A DNA stretch of 64,000 nucleotides from an uncultured Acidobacteriota bacterium (GTDB lineage Bacteria > Acidobacteriota > JAQAZP01), in NCBI GenBank assembly GCA_963836075.1, contig CAWIIB010000001.1, positions 1,440,001 through 1,504,000 on the forward strand, written 5' to 3'. The notes under the pieces were generated by a model. That model did not search any database, was not told where the DNA came from, and saw only the letters and a list, made by a program, of their open reading frames with translations. The first letter of the stretch is position 1. Each line of letters starts with the position of its first letter. Of this stretch, positions 1-10,252 are shown in pieces. The position numbers and the translations under genes were made by a program.

Positions 1-666
1 GAGGGTCACATCGTGTTCGAGGCAGATCTCCAGCAGCCGGTCGAACTGCGCGTAGAGCGGGTTCTCCTCTCCGTGCTCGCGGATCCAGGCGGCAAGCATC
101 GCCCCGCCGCGGCTCACCACGCCCCCGACCCTGCTGTTGGCGTCCACCAGGTCCACCACTGCGCGGGTCACCCCGCAGTGCACGGTGACGAAGTCCACCC
201 CGGACACGGCATGCTTTTCCACCACGTTGAAGAACTGGTCGGCGGTCATCTGGAGGATATTGCCTCCCTCCGCTTCGGCACACTCCGCCGACACCTGGTA
301 GATGGGCACGGTGCCCACCATCACCGGACTGTTCTCGATGACCTCCCGGCGGATCGCTTCCAGGTCGCCGCCGGTGCTCAGGTCCATCACCGCGTCGGCG
401 CCGGCCTCCACCGCTGCCCGCAGCTTCACCAGCTCCTCCTCCATGCAGGAGCGGAGCGGCGATGTGCCGATATTGGCGTTGACCTTGGTCCGCAAACCGT
501 TGCCGATGCCCACCGGTGTAAACGACCGGGCCCGGTTGTACGGGATAACCACCCGCCCGGCGGCGATCTCCGCGGCCAGCCATCCGGGGTCGCGGCCCTC
601 CGCCCGGGCCACCGTTTCCATCTCTCCGGTTATCGTTCCGGCTCGCGCCGCTGTCAGCTGTGTCAT
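1..666 (-). CDS. thiC: Phosphomethylpyrimidine synthase ThiC (3' end outside window)
   Basis: Manual translation from ATG at 666: MTQLTAARAGTITGEMETVARAEG...GLRTKVNANIGTS...GADAVMDLSTGG...VGTVPIYQ...GVDFVTVHCGV...VSRGG...ENPLYAQFDRLLEI. These are ThiC-family motifs. The frame is open to the window edge and is absent from the ORF track. Confidence 0.9.
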   Translation of the reverse strand, partial: MTQLTAARAGTITGEMETVARAEGRDPGWLAAEIAAGRVVIPYNRARSFTPVGIGNGLRTKVNANIGTSPLRSCMEEELVKLRAAVEAGADAVMDLSTGGDLEAIRREVIENSPVMVGTVPIYQVSAECAEAEGGNILQMTADQFFNVVEKHAVSGVDFVTVHCGVTRAVVDLVDANSRVGGVVSRGGAMLAAWIREHGEENPLYAQFDRLLEICLEHDVTL

Positions 667-895
667 GACAAACCCCTTTCCGGGTATTGAACCGCCGGTT
701 GCCGCACCATTCACCATGTGCCGGCGGGATTGTATCTCCGTAGCGCAGGGTAATTGTAGGGCCGGGGATCAAATCGAGTCAATCAGTCAAATATTCGAGC
801 GCTTGTCAGCCAACCGGCCTTTGGATAACATGGCCGGAACGCAGCCGGCTGAGACGGCCGGGGCAAGGAACACCGCATTTGGCGAAAGGAGACCG

Positions 896-2656
896 ATGAG
901 GAACTTCAGGCGCGTCGTTCAGACGGCATCCCTGCTGCTCTTCCTGATGCTGCTCTCCATGGCCGGTATCCCCGGCGGACCGGATGCCATTCCGGTATCC
1001 GACCTGCTCTCCGCCGAGATCGCCTGGCCGGTGTCGGTCTATCTCCAGTCGAGCCCATTGCTGGCCCTGTCGGTGATCATCGCTTCGGGCACGATTCCAC
1101 CCGGCATCTTCTTCGCCGCCGTGATCCTCGTCTCGGCCCTGCTGCTGGGCCGGGTCTTCTGCGGCTGGCTCTGTCCCATGGGCGCCCTGCTGCACCTGTT
1201 CAGCCTCGGACGGGGCCCGGCCCGCCGGGAAGCGGCGGCCGACCGGCGCCGGACTGAAACCACGCGCAAACGGCGCTCCTCCGGCCCGCTGGCCTGGAAA
1301 TACTACCTCCTGCTGCTGCTGATTCCGGCCTGCTTCTTCTCCCTCCAGCTGGTGGGGGTCTTCGATCCCATCGCCCTGCTCACCCGCTCGCTGGGCACCG
1401 GCATTTCACCGGCCTACAACGCCGCCGGCCAGGACAGCCTGGACGCTCTGTATGGCATCTACGGCGACGGCGGGCCGCCTGGCTGGCTGGAGGCCATCAG
1501 CACCTTTGCCACGGCGAGGCTCTTCTCCAACATCCGGCCCCTCTTCTTTCAGGGGCCGTTCATCGCCCTGCTGCTGGTGCTCATCGTGGCCCTCTGCCGG
1601 CAGCGCTTCCGGTTCTGGTGCCGCTACGTCTGCCCGCTGGGGGCGCTGCTGGGGTTCACTTCAAAACTCTCGCCACTGACCCTGCGCGAGAAACCGGGCA
1701 CTTGCACCGACTGCGGCCGCTGCCGGCGCACCTGCCCGGCGGCCGCCTCGCCCTGGCCCGCCGAGCAGTGGAAACGCTCCGAGTGCTACCTCTGCTACAA
1801 CTGCGTGGCCGAGTGCCGGGAGGACACTCTCTCCTTTGCTCCGCGCTGGGCAAAACCGGCCCGGGCGGCAAAGAAAACGGCACCCCCGCGGGAGGCGAGG
1901 TGGGTCCCGGACAGCGCCGGGGACGTGAACATGACCCGCCGTGCGGTGGTCACCAGCCTGGCCGCCGGCGCCGCCGCCCCGCTGGTCCTCCGCGGGGGAA
2001 CCGGCCCGGACGGGATCCACCCGCTGCTCATCCGGCCTCCGGGCGCCCTGGAGGAGAAGAAGTTCCTCGAGACCTGCATCCGCTGCGGCCTCTGTATGAA
2101 GGCCTGCCTGACCAACGCCATCCAGCCCACATTCCTGGAAGCCCGGCTGGAGGGGCTCTGGACGCCGCGGCTGGTGATGAAAATCGGGTATTGCGAAAAC
2201 AACTGCACCCTCTGCGGGCAGGTCTGTCCCACCGGCGCCATCGAGAACCTGCCTCTGCCCCGCAAACGCCAGGTGAGCATCGGCACCGCCTTTATCCGGC
2301 CGGACCGCTGCCTGCCCTACGCCTTCAACCGCCAGTGCATCGTCTGCGAAGAGCACTGCCCCACCGGCGAAAAGGCGATCTACTTCGTGGAGCAGGAGAT
2401 GGAGGGCCGCAACGGTTCGCGCAAGCGTCTGAAACTGCCCCGGGTGGACCCGAAGCTCTGTATCGGCTGCGGCATCTGCGAGTGGGTCTGCCCGGTGCGC
2501 GACCGGCCCGCCATCTACGTCACCCGCATCGGCGAATCCCGCAGCGAGGAGAGCACCCTGTTGCTGGGCGAAGAAACCGAGGCGCCTCTGGCCGACGACT
2601 ACTACGGCGGCGAGACGGCCCCGGACTCCGGACCTTACGGCGACCCCTACGGTTAG
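896..2656 (+). CDS. Polyferredoxin membrane protein (NapH/MauN-like fused to NapG/MauM-like 4Fe-4S domains)
   Basis: AAAGGAG RBS before ATG 896. GRVFCGWLCPMG and RFWCRYVCPLG motifs, several CxxCxxCxxxCP clusters, TM helices, and internal RPPGA...CIRCGLC (MauM/NapG-like). Confidence 0.85.
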   Translation: MRNFRRVVQTASLLLFLMLLSMAGIPGGPDAIPVSDLLSAEIAWPVSVYLQSSPLLALSVIIASGTIPPGIFFAAVILVSALLLGRVFCGWLCPMGALLHLFSLGRGPARREAAADRRRTETTRKRRSSGPLAWKYYLLLLLIPACFFSLQLVGVFDPIALLTRSLGTGISPAYNAAGQDSLDALYGIYGDGGPPGWLEAISTFATARLFSNIRPLFFQGPFIALLLVLIVALCRQRFRFWCRYVCPLGALLGFTSKLSPLTLREKPGTCTDCGRCRRTCPAAASPWPAEQWKRSECYLCYNCVAECREDTLSFAPRWAKPARAAKKTAPPREARWVPDSAGDVNMTRRAVVTSLAAGAAAPLVLRGGTGPDGIHPLLIRPPGALEEKKFLETCIRCGLCMKACLTNAIQPTFLEARLEGLWTPRLVMKIGYCENNCTLCGQVCPTGAIENLPLPRKRQVSIGTAFIRPDRCLPYAFNRQCIVCEEHCPTGEKAIYFVEQEMEGRNGSRKRLKLPRVDPKLCIGCGICEWVCPVRDRPAIYVTRIGESRSEESTLLLGEETEAPLADDYYGGETAPDSGPYGDPYG

Positions 2657-2722
2657 GGACGTACATGAATATATGAATAATTCCATAGTTCAGGAATTAT
2701 TCATATATTCATGTACGTCCCT
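2655..2722. repeat. Perfect 30-bp inverted repeat with 8-nt loop (REP/MITE-like palindrome)
   Basis: AGGGACGTACATGAATATATGAATAATTCC (2655-2684), loop ATAGTTCA, GGAATTATTCATATATTCATGTACGTCCCT (2693-2722). Confidence 0.95.
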
Positions 2723-2751
2723 CTGCGCTCTGCTGTATGTCCCCCTTTGTC

Positions 2752-2781
2752 TTGACACTCCCCGGAATCGGGTCGTACACT
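2752..2781 (+). promoter_or_regulatory. Sigma70-type promoter for def operon
   Basis: TTGACA-N18-TACACT upstream of def. Confidence 0.55.
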
Positions 2782-2818
2782 GATTTTTTACGGGACCGTC
2801 AAGGAGAAGGATCGGATC

Positions 2819-3337
2819 ATGGCTCTGTTACCAATCCTGGTGCTCGGCGACAAGCGCCTGCGTGAAAAAGCCGACCCGGTGGCCACCGTCAGTGACGAAG
2901 AGCGCCGGCTGATCGACGACATGGTGGAGACGATGCACAGCGCCCCGGGGATCGGGCTGGCCGCCACCCAGGTGGGGGTGCCCAAGCGGATCATCGTCAT
3001 CGACCTCACCGCCGGAGAGCAGGAAGGCGAGATATTGGCCCTGGTCAACCCCGAGATTTCCTGCGCCGAAGGGGAGCAGGTGGGACAGGAGGGCTGCCTC
3101 AGCGTCCCCGAAGAGTACGCCGACGTCAAACGCCCGTTCAGCCTGCGCCTCAAGGCCCTGGACCGTGACGGCAACCCGGTGGACCGCGTGGTTGACGACC
3201 TGCTGGCCCGCGTGATCTGTCACGAGGTGGACCACCTGGACGGTATCCTCTTTGTTGACCACCTCAGTTCCTTGAAACGGAGCCTGATCGCCAGACGGGT
3301 TCGCAAGCTGGTGGCCCGGGAGGAACAGAGTGCCTGA
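2819..3337 (+). CDS. def: Peptide deformylase
   Basis: GIGLAATQVG, EGCLS and HEVDH motifs. Confidence 0.97.
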   Translation: MALLPILVLGDKRLREKADPVATVSDEERRLIDDMVETMHSAPGIGLAATQVGVPKRIIVIDLTAGEQEGEILALVNPEISCAEGEQVGQEGCLSVPEEYADVKRPFSLRLKALDRDGNPVDRVVDDLLARVICHEVDHLDGILFVDHLSSLKRSLIARRVRKLVAREEQSA

Positions 3338-3974
3338 AGAAAAGATAGTCCTGCACCGGCAGGAAGTCAGCCCGTTCATGACCAACTGCTACCTGGTGGT
3401 TTGCGCGGCCACCCGGGAAGCGGTGCTGATCGATCCCGGCGGCGACCCGGAACTGATCGAGATGATGATCAGCAAGGCCGGCGATCCCCGCATCGCCATG
3501 ATCGTCAACACCCACGCCCACGTGGATCACGCCAGCGCGGTGTTCGAGATGCAGGAGAGCCACAAGGCACCCTTCCACCTCCACCCTGATGACGCCTTTT
3601 GGCTCGACCTCCTGGTGGCCACTGCCGCAAGCTACGGCATGGACGGGGTCACCCAGCCCAGGGTGGACGCCGACCTGGCCGACGGGCAGGAGATCCAGCT
3701 CGGCGAGCTGACCCTGCGAATCATCCACACCCCGGGCCACTCCCCGGGCGGGGTCTGCATCGCGGTGGAAGACCAGCTGATCTGCGGTGATACCCTTTTT
3801 GCCGGGTCCATCGGACGCACCGACCTGCCGGGGGGATCGCACCAGGTGCTGCTCACCAGCATCCGGACAAAGCTGCTGGACAACCTGGACGACAAAACGG
3901 TGATCCACCCCGGTCACGGCCCATCCAGCACCCTCGGCCGGGAACGGGTGTCCAACCCCTACCTCACCGGCTGA
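3330..3974 (+). CDS. MBL-fold metallo-hydrolase (glyoxalase II/YcbL-like)
   Basis: THAHVDH, TPGHSPG, GDTLFAGSIGRTDLPGG and PGHG motifs. Confidence 0.92.
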   Translation: MPEEKIVLHRQEVSPFMTNCYLVVCAATREAVLIDPGGDPELIEMMISKAGDPRIAMIVNTHAHVDHASAVFEMQESHKAPFHLHPDDAFWLDLLVATAASYGMDGVTQPRVDADLADGQEIQLGELTLRIIHTPGHSPGGVCIAVEDQLICGDTLFAGSIGRTDLPGGSHQVLLTSIRTKLLDNLDDKTVIHPGHGPSSTLGRERVSNPYLTG

Positions 3975-3983
3975 AACCACGGG

Positions 3984-4012
3984 TTGACTCCGCTGTGGGC
4001 CCTCTTTAGAAT
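3984..4012 (+). promoter_or_regulatory. Sigma70-type promoter for transketolase-yitJ operon
   Basis: TTGACT-N17-TAGAAT. Confidence 0.6.
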
Positions 4013-4123
4013 CGTGGCGGTTCCTCTGCCTGACCGGCGGTGCTGACCGGGGTCAGGCACCGGCAACCGCTTGTTGGACTGATCTCCCACCATTTCAACG
4101 TGTTACAGAGAAACGGAAGGACC

Positions 4124-5050
4124 ATGCACAACCCAGCGGCCGATCCCCACCGAGTAACCGAGGGCGCCTGGGCCGGAACCCGGGACGAGGGCGTCCTGAG
4201 GAAGGCGGCTCTCCAGGCCCGCCGGCACATCGTCAGGATGACCGGCGCCGCCGGCTCCGGCCACCCGGGCGGCTCACTCTCCGCCATCGACATCCTCACC
4301 GCGCTCTATTTCAGTGAGATGAAGCACTTTCCCGGCGATCCGCAGCGGCCCGGCCGCGACCGATTCGTCCTCTCCAAGGGGCACGGCTGCCCGGCGCTCT
4401 ATGCCGTGCTGGGAATGACCGGCTACTTCCCGGAGGATGAACTGATCCGGCTGCGCAAGCTGGGCTCGATCCTCCAGGGGCACCCCTGCATGCTCAAGAC
4501 TCCCGGGGTGGAGATGAGCACCGGGTCACTGGGCCAGGGGCTCTCGGCGGCCAACGGCATGGCGCTGGCCCAACGGCTTTCCGGCCTCGATTACCGGGTG
4601 TTCGTGATGATGGGGGACGGCGAGCAGCAGGAAGGCCAGGTCTGGGAAGCGGCGATGACCGCGGCCCACTACAAGCTGGACAACCTGGTGGGGATCATCG
4701 ACTACAACGGGATGCAGATCGACGGCACGGTGCACGAGGTGATGGATATCGCGCCCCTGGCCGAGAAGTGGCGTGCCTTCGGCTGGGAGGTCTTCGAGAT
4801 CGACGGACACCGGATGGATGAGATCCTCGTTGCCCTGGACCGGGCGCGGGAGGTCAGCGGCAAACCGGCGATGATCGTGGCCCGCACGGTGAAGGGCAAG
4901 GGGGTATCGTTCATGGAACACAACCTGAAGTTCCACGGCAACGCACCCACCGCCGACCAGGTGGCCGCCGCCCTCGAAGAACTCGAACAGGCCGAGCAGG
5001 CGCTGAAAACAGAGCGCCCTGATCTCTACCAGGTGGGGGGCGATCGATGA
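4124..5050 (+). CDS. Transketolase, N-terminal (TPP-binding) subunit
   Basis: SGHPGGSLS, RDRFVLSKGH, STGSLGQG and GDGE..EGQVWEA motifs. GAAGGA RBS before ATG 4124. Confidence 0.93.
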   Translation: MHNPAADPHRVTEGAWAGTRDEGVLRKAALQARRHIVRMTGAAGSGHPGGSLSAIDILTALYFSEMKHFPGDPQRPGRDRFVLSKGHGCPALYAVLGMTGYFPEDELIRLRKLGSILQGHPCMLKTPGVEMSTGSLGQGLSAANGMALAQRLSGLDYRVFVMMGDGEQQEGQVWEAAMTAAHYKLDNLVGIIDYNGMQIDGTVHEVMDIAPLAEKWRAFGWEVFEIDGHRMDEILVALDRAREVSGKPAMIVARTVKGKGVSFMEHNLKFHGNAPTADQVAAALEELEQAEQALKTERPDLYQVGGDR

Positions 5051-5982
5051 GCGAGAATAAGCACACCCGCGTGGCCTATGGAGACACCCTGGCCCGGCTT
5101 GGCGAAACCGATAAGAACATCGTGGTGCTCGACGCCGACCTCTCCTGCTCCACCCAGACCCACCGTTTCGCCAAAGTCTTTCCCGACCGCTTCTTCCAGA
5201 TGGGCATCGCCGAGGGGGACATGGTGGCCACCGCCGCCGGCCTGGCCGCCTCGGGGAAAACACCGTTCGTCTCCACCTTCGTCATCTTTGCCCTGCGCGG
5301 CTGGGAGCAAATCCGCAATTCGGTGGCCCGGACCAATCTCCCGGTGAACATCGTGCTGACCCATGGCGGGCTCTCGGTGGGCGAGGACGGCGCCTCGGCC
5401 CAGGCCTGCGAGGACATCACCATCATGCGGGTCCTGCCGCGGATGAAGGTGATCGTCCCGGCCGACGCGGTGGAGACCGAGCGGGTGATCGAGCACCTGG
5501 CGGCCAACCCCGACGGGCCGGCCTACGTGCGGCTGACCCGCAACGTGGTGCCGGTGCTCTTTGACGAGAGCTACCGCTTCACCCTGGGCCAGGCCGCCAT
5601 GCTGCGCGACGGCGGCGACGGCACCATCATCGCCTGCGGGCAAATGGTCTACCGGGCCCTGGGCGCCGCGGAGCTGCTGGCCAAAGAGGGTCTCGACATC
5701 CGGGTGCTCAACATGTCCACCATTAAACCGCTGGACGGCGAGGCCATCACCTCCGCCGCCCGCGAAACCGGCCGCATCGTCACCGCCGAAGAGCACTCGG
5801 TGGTGGGCGGCCTGGGCAGCGCCGTGGCCGAACACCTGGCCACCACCACACCGGTCCCCATGGGCATGATCGGGGTGCAGGACACCTTTGGCGAGTCCGG
5901 GACACCGGCCGAACTGTTCGAGAAATACGGCCTGACCGAAGAGGCCATCGCCACAAAGATGGCCGGTCTCTGCAAGGCCTGA
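5047..5982 (+). CDS. Transketolase, C-terminal subunit
   Basis: LDADLS.ST, MGIAE, GEDGAS and EEHS..GGLG motifs. Overlaps the upstream stop (ATGA). Confidence 0.93.
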   Translation: MSENKHTRVAYGDTLARLGETDKNIVVLDADLSCSTQTHRFAKVFPDRFFQMGIAEGDMVATAAGLAASGKTPFVSTFVIFALRGWEQIRNSVARTNLPVNIVLTHGGLSVGEDGASAQACEDITIMRVLPRMKVIVPADAVETERVIEHLAANPDGPAYVRLTRNVVPVLFDESYRFTLGQAAMLRDGGDGTIIACGQMVYRALGAAELLAKEGLDIRVLNMSTIKPLDGEAITSAARETGRIVTAEEHSVVGGLGSAVAEHLATTTPVPMGMIGVQDTFGESGTPAELFEKYGLTEEAIATKMAGLCKA

Positions 5983-6013
5983 CGGGCAACAGGTCACAAC
6001 CGAGGTACAGCAG

Positions 6014-7849
6014 ATGGCCGAGAGGGATTTCCGTGCGCAGCTGAAGAGCGAAGTGCTGGTCTGCGACGGGGCCATGGGCACCGAACTGTACAATCACGGG
6101 GTGTTCATCAACCGCTGCTTCGACGAGCTGAACCTGGACCAGCCGAGGCTGGTGGGAGAAGTTCACTCCGCATATGTCAACGCCGGCGCCAATGTCATCG
6201 AGACCAATACCTTCGGTGCCAATCGTTTCAAACTCACCCCCCACGGGCTGGGAGAAAAATGCGCCAGGATCAATCGCCGCGGCGCCGAGATTGCCCGGGC
6301 CGCGGCCGGCGAGCGGGCTTTTGTGGCCGGTGCCATCGGCCCGCTGGGCATCCGCATCGAACCCTGGGGCCCCACCTCGCTGGAGGAGGCCCGGGAGGCC
6401 TTTCGCGAACAGGCCGCGGCACTGGCCGAGGGCGGGGTGGATCTCTTCGTCATCGAAACCTTTTTCGACCTCAGCGAGATCCAGCAGGCGATTCTCGCCG
6501 TCCAGGAGGTGAGCGACCTGCCCATCGTGACCCAGATGACCCTGGAGGACGATGGGAACAGCCTCTACGGCACCTCGCCGGAAACCTTCACCGAGCGCCT
6601 GGACCAGTGGGGCGCCGACGTGATCGGCGTCAACTGCAGCGTCGGCCCCCAGGTGATGCTCACCACGGTTGAAAGAATGCATGCGGTAACCGAAAAGCCG
6701 CTCTCGGTGCAGCCCAACGCCGGTAAGCCGCGGGCAGTGGAGGGCCGCAACCTCTACCTCTGCTCACCGGAGTACATGGCCGAGTTTGCCAAGCAGGTAA
6801 TCCCCTTCGGAGTCCGGATGATCGGCGGCTGCTGCGGCACGCGGCCCGTGCACATCAAGGCCATCGCCGCCGCGGTGCGCGCCCTGCAGCACACCCAGCG
6901 CAAACCGGTGTTGGTGGAAGCGATTCCCCGGGACGAGCAGCCGCAGGTGGAGCCCGTACCCCGTGCCCAGCGGAGCGGCCTGGCCGCCGCGCTGGAAAAA
7001 GGCGAGTTTGCCACTTCGGTGGAGGTGGTGCCACCACGGGGCTGCGACCCGGACAAGCTGCTGGCCGCGGTGGGCAAGCTGAAGGGGAAAATCCACACCA
7101 TCAACATCCCCGACGGACCCCGGGCCAGTTCACGGATGGGCGCCACGGCCCTGGCCGTGCGTGTCGAGCAGGACCTGGGGATGGAGACGATCCTCCACTA
7201 CTGCTGCCGTGACCGCAACCTGCTGGCCATGCAGTCGGACCTCCTCGGCGCCAGCGCCCTGGGAGTGAAGAACATCCTGATCATCACCGGCGACCCGCCG
7301 AAAATGGGTGACTACCCCGATGCCACCGCCGTCTTCGACGTCGACTCCATCGGTCTGACCAACATGGTCAACCGGCTGAACCACGGGCTGGACCTGGGCC
7401 GCAACCCCATCGGCAGGCCCACCGGCTACCTGATCGGGGTGGGGGTCAACCCCGGCGCGGTGAACCCGGACCAGGAACTGCGGCGCTTCGAGTACAAGGT
7501 GGAGGCCGGGGCCGAGTTCGCCATCACCCAGCCGGTCTTCGACCAGCAGCTGCTGGCCGACTTCCTCAAGCGGACCGAGCAGTTCCGCATCCCGGTCCTT
7601 GCCGGCATCTGGCCGCTGGTCAGCTACCGCAATGCCCAGTTCATGAACAACGAGGTGCCGGGGGCCACGGTGCCCGACGAGATTCTCGCGCGGATGGAGA
7701 AGACCGAGACCAAGGAGGAGGGGATCGCCGAGGGTCTGGCCATCGCCCGGGAATCGGTGAAGGCGGTCAGGGGGATGGTGCAGGGGGTCCAGGTAGCCGC
7801 GCCCTTCGGCCGCTACCAGCTGGCCCTGCAGGTGCTGGAAGCGGTCTGA
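6014..7849 (+). CDS. yitJ: Bifunctional homocysteine S-methyltransferase / 5,10-methylenetetrahydrofolate reductase
   Basis: DGAMGT, GVNCSVGP and GGCCGT (HMT domain), followed by an MTHFR domain (CCRDRN, TGDPP, ITQPVFD). Confidence 0.92.
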   Translation: MAERDFRAQLKSEVLVCDGAMGTELYNHGVFINRCFDELNLDQPRLVGEVHSAYVNAGANVIETNTFGANRFKLTPHGLGEKCARINRRGAEIARAAAGERAFVAGAIGPLGIRIEPWGPTSLEEAREAFREQAAALAEGGVDLFVIETFFDLSEIQQAILAVQEVSDLPIVTQMTLEDDGNSLYGTSPETFTERLDQWGADVIGVNCSVGPQVMLTTVERMHAVTEKPLSVQPNAGKPRAVEGRNLYLCSPEYMAEFAKQVIPFGVRMIGGCCGTRPVHIKAIAAAVRALQHTQRKPVLVEAIPRDEQPQVEPVPRAQRSGLAAALEKGEFATSVEVVPPRGCDPDKLLAAVGKLKGKIHTINIPDGPRASSRMGATALAVRVEQDLGMETILHYCCRDRNLLAMQSDLLGASALGVKNILIITGDPPKMGDYPDATAVFDVDSIGLTNMVNRLNHGLDLGRNPIGRPTGYLIGVGVNPGAVNPDQELRRFEYKVEAGAEFAITQPVFDQQLLADFLKRTEQFRIPVLAGIWPLVSYRNAQFMNNEVPGATVPDEILARMEKTETKEEGIAEGLAIARESVKAVRGMVQGVQVAAPFGRYQLALQVLEAV

Positions 7850-7852
7850 GTT

Positions 7853-10189
7853 TCACTGGATATATCCCAGCGCCCGGAGCCGTTCGGCCATGTCCGTATC
7901 GGCCTCCGGAGTGTCCTCTCCGCCGTGGCGGGCCTCGGCCGGTCGCGCCTCGGCCAGCCACTGGTGGAGGGCGGTTTTCAGCTGCGCCCGGACGTCGGGC
8001 AGACTTTCCGCCAGGTTCTCCCGTTCCGCCGGGTCGGCATCCAGGTGGAACAGTTCCTCTTCCGCCGGCCCGTGATCCATCAGCCATTTCCCCGGAGCGG
8101 TGACCGGTGGTTCGGCCACCGCCAGCGGCCGGTCAAAATGGATGTATTTCCAGGGGCCGGAGAAGACGGACGAGCGGGCCGGGGCATCGGCCAGGGTGCG
8201 GGAGAAGACCAGCCGCTGCGGTCCGGGGCCCAGCAGATTCTCCCCGTCCCTGACGGCCGGACCGGCCGGCAGACCGGCCAGCGCCAGCAGGGTGGGCCGG
8301 ATGTCCACCAGGGAGACCGGCGTGTGAACCACCGAGCCGGCACGGTGCCGCAACCCGGGGACCCGGAGCAGCAGCGGCACGTTCACCACTTCCTCGTAAA
8401 GCGTGAACCCGTGTGACCAGAACCCGTGGTCGTGCAGTTCCTCACCGTGATCGGCGGTGACCAGGACCACGGTATCCTCCAGCAGCCCCTCCCGCTCCAG
8501 CCGGACCAGCAAGCGGCCCAGTTGGCGGTCCAGATAGGCCACCTCGTCTTCGTAGAATCGCCCGATCTCCCTCACGTCCTCCTCGTCCTCGACCTGTTCC
8601 CGGCCCACGGTCAGCCCCCAGACATTGCCGTCCCGCCAGCCGGGCATCTGGTCCGGCACGAAGGGACGGCGGCCCCACCGGGTGAGCCCGTCCGGACCGG
8701 GGGCGTCGTAAGGGCTGTGCGGGTCCATGTAGTGCATGTAGCAGAACACCCGCTGGTCCCCGCGGTCCCGGAGCCAGTCCAGCGCCCGCCGGCCCAGCGT
8801 CTCTGCGGTGACCGAGTGATCCTTGTACGGGGCCAGGTAGTAGGAATCGAAACCCCGGCCGTAGCCCTGTTCCGGGGCCAGCACGTAGTTGGCCACAAAA
8901 CCGGCCGTGACATACCCGGCGGCGGCAAAATCCTCGGTGATGGTGGAAACCCCGGCCGGTATCCGGCTCTTCCCCCCCAGCAGGTCCCACTGCACCCCCA
9001 GACGGTGGGGATAGTATCCGGTGAACAGGGCAGCCATGGAGGGGATGGTCCAGGACGACGGGGCGATGGCCCGGCTGAAGAGGATCCCCTCCCGGGCCAG
9101 GCGAGACAGGCAGGGTGTTCGGCCGGTGGCACAACCGTACGGCGACAGGCGGTCGGCCCGCAAGGTGTCCACTACGATGAGCAGCACGTTTTGCCGGCGG
9201 TCCGGACCGTGAGCCATGATTCGCGGCGAGCCGACCAGCCGCAGGGACGAGGCGTCGGCCGGCTCCGTGATGAAGCGGAGGGTCACCTGCCGGCCCCGCC
9301 AGGGGGAGATGTCCACCCGGTGGTCCTCCCAGGGTGCTCCGGGTGGGCCGCAGTCCACACGGGCCAGAGTCTCTGTCCTGCCGCCCTGGGGCAGGAGTTC
9401 CACCCGCAGCGAGGCCGGCCGCTCCCCCACCAGGGTGCCGCTTCCGAAATGGAGTTCCACCGCGTCGGCCGGGATCGTCAGAGCCGCCTCCCGCACTCCC
9501 CCCGCCCCGAACCGCCAGCACCGGCGATACTCCTGGCCCAGACCCAGACGGTGGCGGGAGAGCACCGAGCGACGCAGGTAGTCTTCGTCCCGGGGCTCCA
9601 GCGAAATGCTCCTGATCACCGTGCTGCCCCCCCTGTTCGGGGGGTAGATTCTCAGGATCCGGATCCGCTGCTCCAGGGCCTGGTGGCCGGGCAGGTCGAA
9701 GACATGCACTCCCGGCACAGCCGGGGAGTGCGGCCGGGAGATGGCCCGTTGCTCTATCCGGTAGCGTGGCGGATAGTCTTCGGAGTAGTACAGCTGCCCG
9801 GAATTGCCGGACAACGATTCATCGGTGGTGACGGTCATCCGGTGGTGCCGCAGCGGATCGATGGTGAGCTCGATCTCCAGCCAGGGCGGCTGGCCCACGG
9901 CATCCAGGTGCAGCCCGCCGGCGTCCCGGGACACCCCCACGCCATCCGGGCCCACGGTCCAGCCTTCGGGGATTCCCTCGGTGAAACCCCAGGTCCGTGG
10001 CTGTAAGGCCGGGGGCACCGAACCCTCCCAGGGGATGGCCGGGGGTGTGATGGCCAGCAGATCGACCACGGTGTGGGTCGGCTCCAGACGCTGGCCGCAG
10101 GCGGAGACAACCAGGGCCAGAAGGAGGGTCAGGGACCACCAGCGGCTGCGCTGGCCGGCCGGGTGATCGGGTGGCCGTCGGCAGGTCAT
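7853..10189 (-). CDS. Sulfatase-like hydrolase/transferase, probable lipoprotein
   Basis: LVVSAC lipobox-like signal. NVLLIVVDTLRAD, SWTIPS, YMDPHSPY, TADHGE and HGFTLYEE motifs. C-terminal LRALGY. Confidence 0.85.
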   Translation of the reverse strand: MTCRRPPDHPAGQRSRWWSLTLLLALVVSACGQRLEPTHTVVDLLAITPPAIPWEGSVPPALQPRTWGFTEGIPEGWTVGPDGVGVSRDAGGLHLDAVGQPPWLEIELTIDPLRHHRMTVTTDESLSGNSGQLYYSEDYPPRYRIEQRAISRPHSPAVPGVHVFDLPGHQALEQRIRILRIYPPNRGGSTVIRSISLEPRDEDYLRRSVLSRHRLGLGQEYRRCWRFGAGGVREAALTIPADAVELHFGSGTLVGERPASLRVELLPQGGRTETLARVDCGPPGAPWEDHRVDISPWRGRQVTLRFITEPADASSLRLVGSPRIMAHGPDRRQNVLLIVVDTLRADRLSPYGCATGRTPCLSRLAREGILFSRAIAPSSWTIPSMAALFTGYYPHRLGVQWDLLGGKSRIPAGVSTITEDFAAAGYVTAGFVANYVLAPEQGYGRGFDSYYLAPYKDHSVTAETLGRRALDWLRDRGDQRVFCYMHYMDPHSPYDAPGPDGLTRWGRRPFVPDQMPGWRDGNVWGLTVGREQVEDEEDVREIGRFYEDEVAYLDRQLGRLLVRLEREGLLEDTVVLVTADHGEELHDHGFWSHGFTLYEEVVNVPLLLRVPGLRHRAGSVVHTPVSLVDIRPTLLALAGLPAGPAVRDGENLLGPGPQRLVFSRTLADAPARSSVFSGPWKYIHFDRPLAVAEPPVTAPGKWLMDHGPAEEELFHLDADPAERENLAESLPDVRAQLKTALHQWLAEARPAEARHGGEDTPEADTDMAERLRALGYIQ

Positions 10190-10252
10190 TGTCGAGGCAT
10201 CCTCTGACGACGGCGCACTGTTGTCCCGTACTCGAGGAGCGATGCGCCGTGG

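Noticed and set aside
667-895. TPP riboswitch upstream of thiC
   Set aside because: No CTGAGA / ACCTGA..GTAA..CC.GCG.AGG elements on the minus strand. The only GCTGAGA is on the wrong strand.
4013-4078. SAM-I/IV riboswitch in the transketolase-yitJ leader
   Set aside because: It has CCGGCAACC and a TGCCTGACC/GGTCAGGCA hairpin, but lacks the ATC.AGAG or GGTCATGAG 5' core and the P1/P3 arrangement.
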